A DNA stretch of 64,000 nt, from assembly GCA_023515725.1 (NCBI GenBank), contig JALDTO010000155.1, forward strand, positions 283,147 to 347,146, given 5' to 3'. Below, one piece after another: positions 27,301 to 39,725 of the stretch (position 1 is its first letter; each line of letters begins with the position of its first letter). Made by a program: the position numbers and the translations under genes. Origin of the DNA: Amoeboaphelidium protococcarum X5. Lineage: Eukaryota; Fungi; Aphelidiomycota. The notes under the pieces are model-generated. The model had not been told where the DNA came from and did not search any database. It saw only the letters and a program-made list of their open reading frames with translations.

Positions 27301-29629
27301 AAAGTTGGTTCTTCTGGGTGCGACTGCTATAGAAGACAAGCTGTAGGATGGTGTCCCCAAGTGTATACAAGATCTATCGAATGCCGGTATTAAGATTTGG
27401 GTACTGACTGGCGATAAACTAGAGACAGCTATTAATGTGGGCTTCCTTTGTGGCTTGTTGAAAACTACAGATTCTGGAGAAAATACTGACAATTTAGAGC
27501 ACGGCGCCATGGTGCTAATTCAGGTGAAGAATGCCAAGACTGAGGATGAAATTTAACGGCAATTACAATCAGCTAATGAGAGATTTTGGGGCCAGAAGTC
27601 TCATGAGTTTTATCGTAAAAGGACTGAATTTGCTCTAATTATTGATGGTTAATCTCTGAAATTGGCACTTGAAAATGATGAGATGCGCTAATTGCTTTTA
27701 GAAATTGGATGCAAATGTAAAGCCGTGGTTTGCTGTAGAGTTAGTCCATTGCAGAAGGCTAAAGTTGTGGAATTGGTTAAATATGGCAAGAGCGTGCTAA
27801 CTCTAGCCATAGGTGATGGTGCCAATGATGTCTCTATGATCTAGGCTGCTGACATTGGTGTCGGTATTTCTGGTGAAGAGGGTCTTTAGGCTGCAACTTC
27901 GGCTGATTATGCTATTGCTCAGTTTAGATTTCTCACTAAACTGCTCCTGGTTCATGGCCGTTGGTCTTACTCAAGAATTTCTTACATGATTCTCAACTTC
28001 TACTTGAAAAGTGTTGTGTTTACTATGGTGCTATTCTGGTTCCAGTTCTATTGTGGATATTCGGCATCTGTTATTTACGAATTCACCTATATGCTCTTTT
28101 TCAACTTGGTGTTCACCTCACTGCCGATTGTGGTTATGGGTATTTATGATCAAGATTTAGAGTCCAAGTCCATTCTGACATTCAAACCGATATATGGCTC
28201 AGAGGGTATCAAGTAAACGTTCTACACCAATGCCAAGTTCTTCATTTACATTCTGGAATCTCTGTGGCACTCGCTTGTCTGTTTCTTCATCCCTGTATGG
28301 ACGTATGGTGAAGGTCCGAGTAATCAATCAGGATTGACCATGAGCGGAACTCATTTGGGTACGGTGATGGCCATCAGTGCTATTATAGTTGTCAATCTAT
28401 CCGTAGGGCTTGATAATCACAGCTGGACTTGGCTTATTCATGTGGCTATTTGGGGCAGTTGTGCCGTTATATTCTTGTACACTCTGGTATATAGTTCCAT
28501 TCCTCAGAGTCCTATTCTTGGTCTTACGCCTGAGCTGTATCCGGATCCATAGTTTTGGCTTAATGTTATGGTCTGTATCATCCTGTCACTTGGACCTAGA
28601 TTCGTATACTACTTTAGCCGAAGACAGTTGTTCCCCGCGGATTGTGATATAGTTGAAGAAATTTAATACCTTGTAAAGTAAGGTACAGCTAAATTAAGTC
28701 ATCATATACACAAGGATGTAGGTGGACATCACTCTGGTTTAACGTCGTAAGACAATAGCGCGTAACACTCTATTGCACAGTCTCGACAAGGATCAGTGTC
28801 ATATCCAGCAACTCCGGTTGAAGAGAAGAATCAAAGCTTAGCAGTACCAGGCACTGGCTTAGTCAGACGCCCATCTAATGCATCTGCGGTCTCCTCCTAT
28901 AACATGGACACGGGAAGGCCTTCAAAGTTGACCGGCTTCTCGTTTAGTCATACGCTGGGAATGGGTGGAGTTGTCACTAGATCGCCTTTGAATCTGCCTC
29001 TCAACATCCTTCCGTTCAAGTACTCTAACAGAGATGGCGGTTCCCCTGCTACTGGGCGCAATGCTTCTGCAGGCAAAAAGCCAAGATTGCTCTGGCCAAA
29101 TAGACCATCTTCAGCTTCTGGGACTAGGTAGTAGGTGCAATAATCTGCCAGTTAGTAGGCACCACCTTTAAGTGCTCCTCCTGCCATTGATCAGCAGTAG
29201 GATGCAAGTTCTCCGAAGCGCTCTGGTCCGTAATTAACTTTGTAAGTACCTCAGAAGACCCCCCAGTAAAAGGATTCGGTAGACCCATCTAGACAAGCGT
29301 TAAAGAGTCCTCTATCAAGGCAGTCGTATACTGCATCGGACATGGGTTTGTCATCAGAGTCCTCTTCTGGGGAGCGATTACCAACCATTCCATCTGTACC
29401 GTGCTCAGTTACTGCTAGCCCTGCACATACTTAGCTGAGAGTTGTTAAAAATGAAAACGCAGATGAAGCTGAGGTAGGAGCTGTCGAGTAACAACAGGAT
29501 CAAGCACAGTAATAATATTAGCCTCCACCTGAAATTGTTGAAGTTATGGCTACTCCCACCGTGTCACCAATTGAGGAATCCCAACCTGCTAATCTCGATG
29601 AAGTAAAAGATGAAAAATCGCAGTCATGA
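24395..29629 (+). CDS. P4-type ATPase phospholipid flippase, Dnf1/2-like (1744 aa)
   Basis: [63 protein letters not shown] and [12 protein letters not shown]. Single intronless frame. Confidence 0.96.
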
Positions 29630-30029
29630 TGATAAAATATAAAATTGATTTGGTTATGCATTTGAATACTAAAAATGTATGTTGAAGACTTTAATACAGT
29701 AATCATACCGTCCGATTGTAGTTTGAGCCCAAAACTTATATCTTGCACTCGACACAAATACAGTGTTCGTAATCAATGGTTCATTATTTTAACATCTACG
29801 CATGTTAGGAAGGCCATTCAGAGGCAATGCCCTCTTCAAAATGCTCATTCTATTTTATTGATCCTGGACGCAAAGGTCACAGTAGACGTGCCACTCTCTG
29901 ATTGGCTGAACACAAAAATTAACGTCCAAATTCTTGGCTCTTTAATCGGAATCTCAACCTGATTTGATATCGTGTATTGTCTAAATGATTTTATTTTCTC
30001 TTCCTTAACAATTTAATAAATAATCAGAC

Positions 30030-31085
30030 ATGTTGCATTTTGTAATTTAGTAATTTCTGCTGTGCTCTGCTGCATTCAGTTTTGTGATTGATCCATCACT
30101 TGTGGCCCCTTAATCCAAGGATATCAACACTGCACCGGATGGCGATACTCATAGCTCATCCGTGACGTTCAGAGTCTTGGGATATGATCAGATTGATGGT
30201 CTTACGTCCTTCTAGTTGGTATTGTCGCGTCAAGATCAGTTGTAATCTCAGGAATATGATGACAGCGCATTTAGTGAATCTACCGAGTACTCTATAACTG
30301 TGGGACTACCAGATAATATGGATTACCTGGATGATTATGAATTTTCCTTGACTCCTGATGGTGTGGTGGCAGATGCTCCTACAGATGGCAAGCTTTAGCT
30401 AATAGCGCAAATCATCGAGAATGCTTAGGCTCAAACAATGAACGTATTGTCCCCTGAAGAAGCGATTGATGCCATGTTCACTCAAGGTGACGATTATGGA
30501 GTGTTGAAATTATCATTGCACTTGAATGTATCCCCTGCTGTCAACGATGATCAGTTATCAGCACCAGCGGATGGAAAGACAAGATCAGTTTCTTTCAGTG
30601 CCACCGTGATTGAAGCCAACGGGGTGAGCGATTTAGCAACTGACTTCAAATTTCAAGTACTCGACACTTTGGTGGATACTGGCATTTTGAGTTACCATAC
30701 ATTTGATTTGGTTGACCCAGAAGTCCACAGTGAGATAACTGCCATTGACAGTGGCATTGATGATGGTGCTGTCATAACGGGTGATGCTGATCAACTCCCA
30801 GCTGTTACTTGTGGCCAGGCATTGAAGAGCAGAATAACTGACAAGTGGGAATATTTCGCGTCAACCATCGAATAGTGGTGGGATCATCTGTCTCAGCAGA
30901 CCAAGATTACGTACATTCTTGTCTATGTGTGGTTTATTGCAATGAGCAGTTTATTTATTGGCTTTATGCTAATAGCCACCCGTAAGAGTAACAAATATTG
31001 TGAAATTCCTCAAGACGCGCCTCAAGATGGTGATGTTAAGACGCGTCACTTGAGTGGCTCTTTGAAATCTGTTCAAGTTGCTTGA
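30030..31085 (+). CDS. Unknown acidic type I membrane protein (351 aa)
   Basis: Signal peptide, Asp-rich ectodomain, TM ITYILVYVWFIAMSSLFIGFMLIAT followed by RK, and a short tail ending at TGA. Confidence 0.7.
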
Positions 31086-31323
31086 AGTGAGAGAGACTCT
31101 GTTACCATATGAATCCCGCCTTGATGTGTGTGTATATCGGTAATAGGTTTATAAAGAATGATAATTATGATGTTGTACTTATGAATAAGTTTAATAATAT
31201 GCCGTAATTTTTTACTACAGTGTATTCTTTGCTTCTCCCCTTTTCAATCAGAGGAGAATTTTCTTCAGACTTATGCAACTAAATAGAAGATTAATATCCA
31301 CGCCGAAATCAAGTTTGATATAA

Positions 31324-32379
31324 ATGAGTAGTACGGCTAGTGATTAGAATTTAAAGAAGAGGAAGCGAAAGAAGGCTTAAATAATAGATAGAAGAGTGGC
31401 TGTCCGTACTCAAGATACACCTGAATCCGCTAGTAATACAAATTCTTCTGATATTCCGCTGGTTGATCAAGACGTTCCAGAAGAGTTTAAAGAAGTCTTT
31501 TAAAAGTTTTATGAACACGCAGATGATTAATCACAAGACTTTGAATTGTCTTAATATGAATTAGATGCTGCGAAAAATATTAATCACTAAAATGACGCCC
31601 AAGATAGTGATACAGAGCACAGCGAAGATACTACTGATGACGGGGAAGAGGAAGAAGAGGAAGTAACTAAATCATTAAGGCGTCTCATGAAAGAGAATAG
31701 AATGTCCGTGGCAGAGCTAAAGTCTAAAGCAAAGCGACCTGAAGTTGTTGAATGGTTCGATGTCACAGCGTAGGATCCTCTTCTATTGGTCCATCTTAAA
31801 GCCTACCGCAATACTGTCCCTGTGCCTGGACACTGGCAGTTGAAGCGGAAATATCTATCAGCTAAGCGTGGATTTGTGAAGCCTCCGTTTGAATTACCAC
31901 CATACATTAGAGAGACTGGCATAACGTAGATGCGTGAGGCTGTCCAGGAGAAAGATGATAAGAGGACTATGCGTGCCAAGATGCGCGAGAAGGTGCGTCC
32001 AAAGATTGGTAAGATTGTAATGGACTATCAGCGATTGCATGACGCGTTCTTTAAGTATTAGACTAAACCGCCCTCAATGAGTATTCAGGGAGACATTTAT
32101 TATGAGGGCAAGGAGCGCGAGGTAAAGTTGACAGAGAAGAGACCGGGTATTCTATCAGATGAACTGAGGGAAGCTCTGGGCATGACACATCCACTGCTGC
32201 CCACTCCATGGCTGATAAACATGCAACGATTTGGTCCTCCTCCATCCTATCCGAATTTGAAGATACCCGGTCTTACAGCTCCTATTCCATAAGGTGCCTA
32301 ATGGGGATATCAACCGGGAGGTTGGGGTAAGCCTGTGCTTGATGAACATGGCAATCCGCTATACGGAAATGTGTTCTGA
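31324..32379 (+). CDS. SF3B2: Splicing factor 3B subunit 2 (SAP145/Cus1), short form
   Basis: MSVAELK..RPEVVEWFDVTAQDP, RNTVPVPGHW..KRKYL, DYQRLHDAFFK, GDIYYEGKE and PSP motif PWLINMQRFGPPPSYPNLKIPGL. An alternative in-frame ATG lies at 31273. Confidence 0.95.
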
Positions 32380-32470
32380 GAGATTTGAACTAATTATTGA
32401 TAAAAATTAGTTATTGTATAAAATGGTATTATCTAAATTAAAGAGTATAATTCTACCAGAGTTGTTTAAT

Positions 32471-33043
32471 TCATTATTACATTATCGATGATGCTTCTGA
32501 CTACAGATTCGCAGTATCATCGACATTCAAATTAGATAAATACGCGTCACCATCTGCCTGAACACTATTAATCTAACTATCTTCACTCACTTGGACGCTT
32601 TATCCCGGTACAGAGGCAGCAGCATCTTAATCGCCAGTGATATCATCTTGGACAGCAGAAGCGGTGGTGGCATTATAATTGTCATCAACATCATCATCAT
32701 CTCGTAGCTGATCGGCATAAGCTTCTGGAAATTTCTAAAAACAATCCTGCATGGCTTTGAACAAGTCCACACACTCTGCACCCTTCATCCTATCCTCAGT
32801 GGAGTCGGGGGAGAATACGAAACAGGAGAAGGCCTCCTTGAACTGAGGTGTACATGGTAGTGCCGGGTCAGCCATTCCAGCCAGGCAAGGACAATCCCAA
32901 TTGATCTCTTTAGTCTCTGGATTGTACGCGCTCTACTCATCTCTATCACCAGCCACGTCACTCTGTTATTAATCAATCTTGGTGTCTTCCTCAGTAAGGA
33001 AATAGATCTCGTCCTTATCTTCCACTTTCTTACCGTATGACAT
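32471..33043 (-). CDS. MIA40: Mitochondrial intermembrane-space oxidoreductase Mia40/CHCHD4, soluble form (190 aa)
   Basis: [12 protein letters not shown], twin CX9C ([11 protein letters not shown] and [11 protein letters not shown]) and an acidic tail. The correct frame is absent from the ORF track. Confidence 0.93.
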
Positions 33044-33562
33044 TGATTTAACTGCTATGGATCTCGATGATGTAATAATCGAATTTTACTAAAATTTTCT
33101 GTTCGCCGCCGATTTAAAGGGAAGTAACAACGTACAATGATTGATAAAGTAGATTAAAGAAGATCTTGAATACTTGATTAATATTAATTTGATTTTGACA
33201 GTGAGAACTTATACTGGGATGGAATTTATTATACGCGCATTTTGTATCATGAATGTTGGTGTGTGTTAGTACGAGTGTTTGATCTAATAAGCCTATGTTG
33301 AACATTACCTGTTTGATATGCACTCTCTATAGCAACGTGTCACTCACTGGCTTAGTGTCTCTCTCTCTGCATGCCCAAGAATTCTACATTTAATCACTGA
33401 CCATCATCGTCTCAATGGAGAAGTTATTCCCTCCGACAAGCTAGTTCTTTTTTGCTTGATCTTGATATTACAATCCTATCAATTATATTTTTTCCACTTT
33501 CATTCTGTTAATCTCCATCGCATATTTAATCACATCTATCAGAGAAATTTAGTGTGAGATTG

Positions 33563-35002
33563 ATGTAGCGATTCTGTAGCAATTTTTTAAGTAAAGTCCG
33601 CTTGCGTCCCTTGTCAGTTATCTAAAGAGCTGAAGTAAATGTAAATGGACGTAGATTCTATTCAGCGACAATATCAGACTCTGTATCTGAGATTGTGAAG
33701 TAGGTGGCTTCCTCTCTTAAAGAGTCTAAAATATAAAGTTCAACCTCATCAACCGCCTCTACGTCCGCCAATAGTAGCGAAACTGTGAATCTAATCAAAG
33801 ATGCCAAGTTTGAATTTCAGAAAGTGTGGAATAATTTGGAGTAGAAAATGGGTGGCAGCGATCGGATGGTTCTCCCTTACGAACTCGTGTGGCTAATGGG
33901 CAGTCCGGCCAGTGGGAAAGGCACCAACACGCCGGCGATCCTCAAGGCGCGTGGTATTACTAACGCTCCCATCGTGATGAGCAATCTCCTCAACAGTGCC
34001 GAGATGAAGAAGCGGATTGACAGAGGAGAAATGGTGGACGATGCAAAGGCTCTTGAGTTGCTTCTCACTGCTCTTCTAAAATGTGATACTAATGTCGGCG
34101 TGTTGATTGATGGTTTCCCGCGCACAGAGGTGTAGGTTGAGTATTTGAAGTTGCTTCACGAGAAGATGCATGAACTCCGCAATGTCTTTCTTAATACCGA
34201 GCACTAGTAAAAGTTCAACCGACCGATATTTAGAATCGTCGTGCTATACATTGATGAAAAGGAGTCGGTGCGCCGATAGTTGATGCGCGGCAAGTTGGTA
34301 CGCAAACATAATGAACTTGTGCATAAGACTTCTGGCAGTAAGAATGACCTATTGGTGGAGAGAGTCACTGATTATGATGAAGATTTGATACGGGCTCGAT
34401 ACAATATATTCACTCAGCACTTTAGTGCCCTGTAAAAGCTAAAGTAATTGTTTCCATTCCACCTGATAAATGCAGAAGGCTCCATTGAAGAAGTGGTGCG
34501 CTCAATATGGCGCGAATTTGAGTATCAATCATCTCAAGAGTTAGATCAATCAACATACGATGCCATCTAAAACATCCCTGTGGCCGACAAGATTGGAGTT
34601 CATGCCAGGTAAGAATTGGTGCGAAGATTAGACTCTTACATGTTCCATCACCGATAATAGTTTACCGAATGCATTCACACGGTGGAAGAGTTATTCGTTC
34701 CCGCAATAAAGCGTCATGCAATCAGCGGCTACGGTATAGTTAGAGTTGATGGAGAGCATATTAATAGCGAGCGTCAAGTTGACATGATGATGGATATTCT
34801 TTCTGAGCGAGGATATCACGTAACTGTGGACAAGCGTTTGATCAACGTGCCGGTTAAAGTAAACCGTGATACTTTTGATATCATCAGTTAACGTAATCCG
34901 GTGTATGTTTTCAAGGTGAGATTTGCTCAACATGGAATTCGCGGCGTCTTCTCTGCTGATGATCCTAAAGAGTATACAAACACTTTGAAGGTTTTTGAAT
35001 GA
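33563..35002 (+). CDS. Atypical long adenylate/nucleoside monophosphate kinase with mitochondrial presequence (479 aa)
   Basis: MQRFCSNFLSKVRLRPLSV...RRFYS leader, P-loop GSPASGKGT, VLIDGFPRTEVQ (Q encoded by TAG) and a long C-terminal extension. Confidence 0.82.
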
Positions 35003-35300
35003 ATGATTACTAGTAGAGGAATGAATACATGTCATGGGATTCAATCAATTATGAATTAATGAATTATAAGCTAGAGTCACCTGATGCATACATATTTAGG
35101 ATGTGCATTTTATTTCTGTACACATTATGCATGAGGTGTCAACTTGTTTTAACAAACTTTTACAAATTTGACATGGCAACAGATATTTTTTAATCGAAAT
35201 CAATAAATAGACTCCATAACAGCAGTTATATAACACAGTGTCTGGTGTTTACGCGCTGTATATCCTTTGTATATTGGTGTTCACGAGTTATGAATGCGCG

Positions 35301-35390
35301 GTGAGTCATGTTTTCTCCGCTCGCCTGTGCCGGGTCATGTGTTTCGCAGAGTTTTCCGTGGGATTGTGCTGCATCGTAATTGTGAGTCAT
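35301..35390. promoter_or_regulatory. Two identical GTGAGTCAT (AP-1/Gcn4-type) motifs
   Basis: Exact 9-mers at 35301-35309 and 35382-35390, upstream of the polyQ gene. Confidence 0.4.
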
Positions 35391-35551
35391 TCCAGATCGG
35401 ATTACAACAACGGACGAGCGGCGTGAATACAAACAAAAGTGTCACCAACCGCAGAGCAATGGCGGCAACTTCTCCTCGGCAACCATCTTACTTTAAATTC
35501 ATCTCTTGCCGGCAAGCAGATTTTGACACTGCGTATAATTGTACAAATTCT

Positions 35552-35989
35552 ATGGTAACAATGTCTTCAGAAAGGATGGATGTAAGCTTCTTGATTCATG
35601 ATAATGATAGTGATAATGACGATCATCATCATCATGAAGGCGGCGATGAATACGACGCTGCGGAGAGTAAGCATGATCACTCGGCCGCCGCTGCAGCTTA
35701 ATAATAATGTCCGAATGATGTACTCCTGAATAGTGACAGTTCAAGAATGTTACCTTTGGTAAATAACTCGCACTCTTATAAAATGCATTTGCTGGGCGAA
35801 GGAAAACCTCATTAGTGCGATTCCCCGAATTGTCTCTTTAAATATGCGCAGCCGAAAACATGGTAAACCGATTTTGACAGCAAAACTACAAAGCCGATAC
35901 CACAAGCGGTAATCAGAAATGTCGCTGATCACAATAGGCGATACACTCCCATCAAGCCTGGCTATGTATTCTAGCATTCTTAGTAGTTT

Positions 35990-36034
<45 letters not shown>

Positions 36035-36763
36035 CAGTAGTAGTAGCAGCGACAAGCGATTGGTCCATTACATCATTATCAGTAATAACATTAACATAAT
36101 GTCAACTTCTAGTATCCGAGACCGCTAACAATCTCCTATGTCTCAGAGGACTCTCAAGGTGTCAGTGCTCAATCTCCGCCGTCTTTTACTCCAAGGACTT
36201 CGCTCTCTGCTGTATCAGTCGCTGACCATCACTCTGGGAATCCTCTTACGCCCATAGACAATGCTCTGGATGAAGAGGCTATCAGAAGGCTATTCATGGC
36301 TGCTGAGTCAAGTAAGAATGCAGCCAAGGCTAAGCGAGATTCAGCCATGTTGGCTCTGCTGCTTGACCTGAAGCTGGCCTGTCAGCGTATAGCTGATCTC
36401 AAGTACAAAGATGTTAAGGGTATGGTTGATGGATCCTTCTGTGGTCTGTACAGATACGGCAAGGTCATGTCTGAGCCTACTCGCCACATCAAGTGCCTAC
36501 ACTTAACTAAAGTCAAGATCTTGGAGTGGATAGACTTTTGCAGCAACTAATTTAATTGGTCATTCGATGATGAAGCTCCTGTTTTCGTTCCTCTGCCTAT
36601 ATTTGGTGATCAGCACGTTCCTAGAAGAATGCCGCTGAAGCGTGATGCCATAAGTAAAGTTTTCAGTTCAATCAAGAGTGTGAGTGGAGTCAGCATGTCT
36701 AAGGATATGGTGAACCGCACCACTTTAACAGATCAATTGGCGTAGAAGTAGAATATTACGTGA
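35552..36763 (+). CDS. Unknown polyglutamine-containing protein, possible regulator (~403 aa)
   Basis: Track ORFs 35294-35701 and 36296-36550 join in one frame to TGA 36761-36763. Contains MDVSFLI, a His run, a Q20 tract and a globular-looking C-terminus. Start is uncertain (ATG 35459, 35552 or later). Confidence 0.7.
35990..36049 (+). repeat. (TAG)15-CAG-(TAG)3-CAG microsatellite encoding Q20
   Basis: Directly visible and in frame with the 35552-36763 CDS. Confidence 0.92.
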
Positions 36764-37031
36764 CAGTATTATATTTCGTTTTAATATAAGTATTTTGTGG
36801 TCACTTGTGAATTCCTGCTTTCTCCTTTCTATCCTGATTTTCTATAATAGAATGGGCCCAAGTTGCTGATTGGCCACGGTTAGATCACAAAATGAACTCG
36901 CCCAATCAATGTGCATCTTACCATCCTCATCACTCACTATCCTGCACATCTTCATTTGCTACCTTTTTTTTAGTTACTTAATTTCAATGCTTACCGGTTG
37001 ATACTATATTTACCGGAATATTTAATAAATA

Positions 37032-37883
37032 ATGAATTGGACAATTACTAGATTTTTGACTTAATTAATCGTGCTGGTATCAATGTCATGGCAAGTGCAT
37101 GGTTAGAGCGATGGCAGCACAGCTGATACCAACAACACTTAACCATCATCTTCACCATCCTCAAACTCAAACTCAAACTCAAACTCTACAGGTGTACCTC
37201 TATATCAAAACAATACAAATAATCCGCTGGGAATGATAATACTCTACACTCCTCAATATGATGATTTGAAAGGGAAATTTGGCGCGTGTATCAGAGTAGG
37301 ATCAGCATTTACCAACGTGTCAATCACACAGCAGTGGTAAGTCAGATTCAGGTACACCAACGCTGAGATTGCGATTGAGTAGAATAAAGTGGTGCTAATA
37401 CAACGCGTCAAAGATGCTGCAGGAGACCCTGGCTTCTCACTGACGCCACCGACACAGGCATTGAGTAGAATTGAAGGCAGAAAATGGTCATCGCTGATGT
37501 GTTTCAATGGCACTTATCCTCCTCTACCGTCACAATAATAGTCACAGTAGGACGCGCTATAAAATGTACCACTCCCTGATCAATTCGATATGATGATTCA
37601 AGACTTTGGACCAGATGGTTAAAATTTCTAGGCCGTATTCCAGGCATCGTATTAGAATCTTACCAATGTTCCTACTACTCCCCCTGCAGACTTTCTCCGG
37701 ATAATCGCGGCGGATCCTTAATCGGCCACCGTTAAATCAAAGCCTCAGCTAGCTGGTGCTGTAATTGGCTCAGTTGGCGCAGGTCTCATAATATCTGCAA
37801 TAATCGCCTTCTGCCTAAGGTCAAAGGGAGACGGCTCTGGATTTCAGGAAGAAGATGATGACTCGATGATGTTTGGTCTTTGA
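37032..37883 (+). CDS. Unknown type I membrane protein (283 aa)
   Basis: Signal peptide, (CTCAAA)n-encoded Ser-Asn repeat, TM LAGAVIGSVGAGLIISAIIAFCL and a short acidic tail ending at TGA. Confidence 0.7.
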
Positions 37884-37984
37884 ATCCATAATAAAGATTG
37901 AGAATATATATTATACTTTTGTTATAACTAAATTCCATACACCGTATCCTATTCAATTTCTTTCATATCAGAATAAAGATCAAG

Positions 37985-39563
37985 TCAATAGATTAGTGGA
38001 GACAGAGCATCGATAAACTGAGTAGAAAAGTTATCATCATCAAACTCCATAGCGCGCAATCTACCAGCCTGTTGAATCTACTATCGATCCTTTTTAGACA
38101 TTTATAAAATCTACGCAATACAGTCAGCATAGCCATCTTCATCCTACTCCACAAATCCTACAAAAGCAATTCTTGATGTTATATTAAAGTTATAAGTAAC
38201 AAAAAGTATAAATAATACCTGTGGGCTGGCTATTGTGTTTGACTACAATGTCCATGAGAGGACCACCGGACGCGTTTGCAATCGGAATAACACCTGCTGC
38301 CATGTACTCTACAATTCCAATACCAAAATGCTCATTATGCATTGTATGTATACCTATCATGGCTCGACCGAGATAATCTTTGAGTACTTCATACGGCGCA
38401 TTGAGTACAAATTCAACATGACTGTCAATGTCTAGCTGCAGAGAGAGTCTCTTCAAGTCTGCCACACGTTCATGATCACCTGCATTTCTGCATCCACCAA
38501 TAAGCACCAGCTTGACGTTATTCTTCAATCGCGGATACTTTAACAAAAACCTGGCAAATGCTTTCAATTATAATTTATGATTCTTCTCTGGTCTAAACTG
38601 CCCAATTGATACAATAATCTTTTCTCTATCAGCTTTATTATTGCTACTGCTTAGACTGGCGAGTGACTGCACATTACATGGTGGATAAATTTTGTACAAT
38701 CTATCAGAGACATTCCACAGGGATTTTATATGAGCCTCTGTCCAAGATGAATTAACCATGACACAATCGGCATATTAGCCAACACTTCCATACATCAATG
38801 CAAAGATTCTATAATAAACCGACTTGATAGCAGTGAATGCACGTCTGAATCCAACCACTCTGTTATCGAACGCATCTTATCCACTCTCCACCGCCTGTAA
38901 CATATCAGAACTAATAATGGGATAATGAACATAGCACGCAATCTTACATCCACTGAAAGTCTTGACCAATGGATACACAAAAGCATATCCCATAGTATCA
39001 ACAAATATATCTAATTAGCCACAATTTCTGATTGCCTCATAGCCAAGAACCATTGATCCAAGACTCTGAAATAAAAGTGTAAACCTGGGATAAAGCTTAT
39101 CTTCTACCAGAAATCTCTTCTTCAGAAATACAAATTAGACAGGCAGTGGTAGCTCAATATTAAATCTATCCTTGGCTTTACTCAAAATCTACTCTGGGAA
39201 AGCATCCAAATCACCAGTAAAGATTATAAATTCCCCATTCGGATGTTGTTTCATACAAGCCAGTAGAGCAACCCATAATACACGCTCACCGCCACCTCCA
39301 GCATTACAATAAGGATGAAAGAAGCCAATTTTCAACTGTTATAGAGTGCCATCATTTTATATAGTCTTCCTTTTAGTCTAAATGGGGAGTTTATGCTAGG
39401 ATTTACCATCATTGTTAGGGAGACTGATAATACTTCTTTTACCTGTACTTGAACTGATAGCCTGAGAACTCCTAACTGGAATAATCAAATTAGATGCAGA
39501 CTTGATGGTAATAGACACAATTGTTATAGTGAGAACATATAAAAAATATATAAAATCCAACAT
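37985..39563 (-). CDS. ALG11: GDP-Man:Man3GlcNAc2-PP-Dol alpha-1,2-mannosyltransferase, intron 38158-38218 (505 aa)
   Basis: [56 protein letters not shown] and [15 protein letters not shown]. Confidence 0.96.
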
Positions 39564-39725
39564 TATTTTAAAAGGAATTCCACGTCCTATCCAGTACTGT
39601 AAATAAAGACTTTTTATGAAGATACCTATTGTTGCAAAGAGAGAAAGAAGAGAGAAAGACGAACGATTCAGCGAGTGAAAGAACTCGATCGATCATTGAA
39701 ACAAACGGCATGGATCGTAGCTTTA

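Noticed and set aside
35750-36128. Poly-Leu (minus strand) and poly-Ser (plus strand) ORFs over the TAG repeat
   Set aside because: These are alternative-frame readings of the microsatellite. The Gln frame links the upstream and downstream coding segments.
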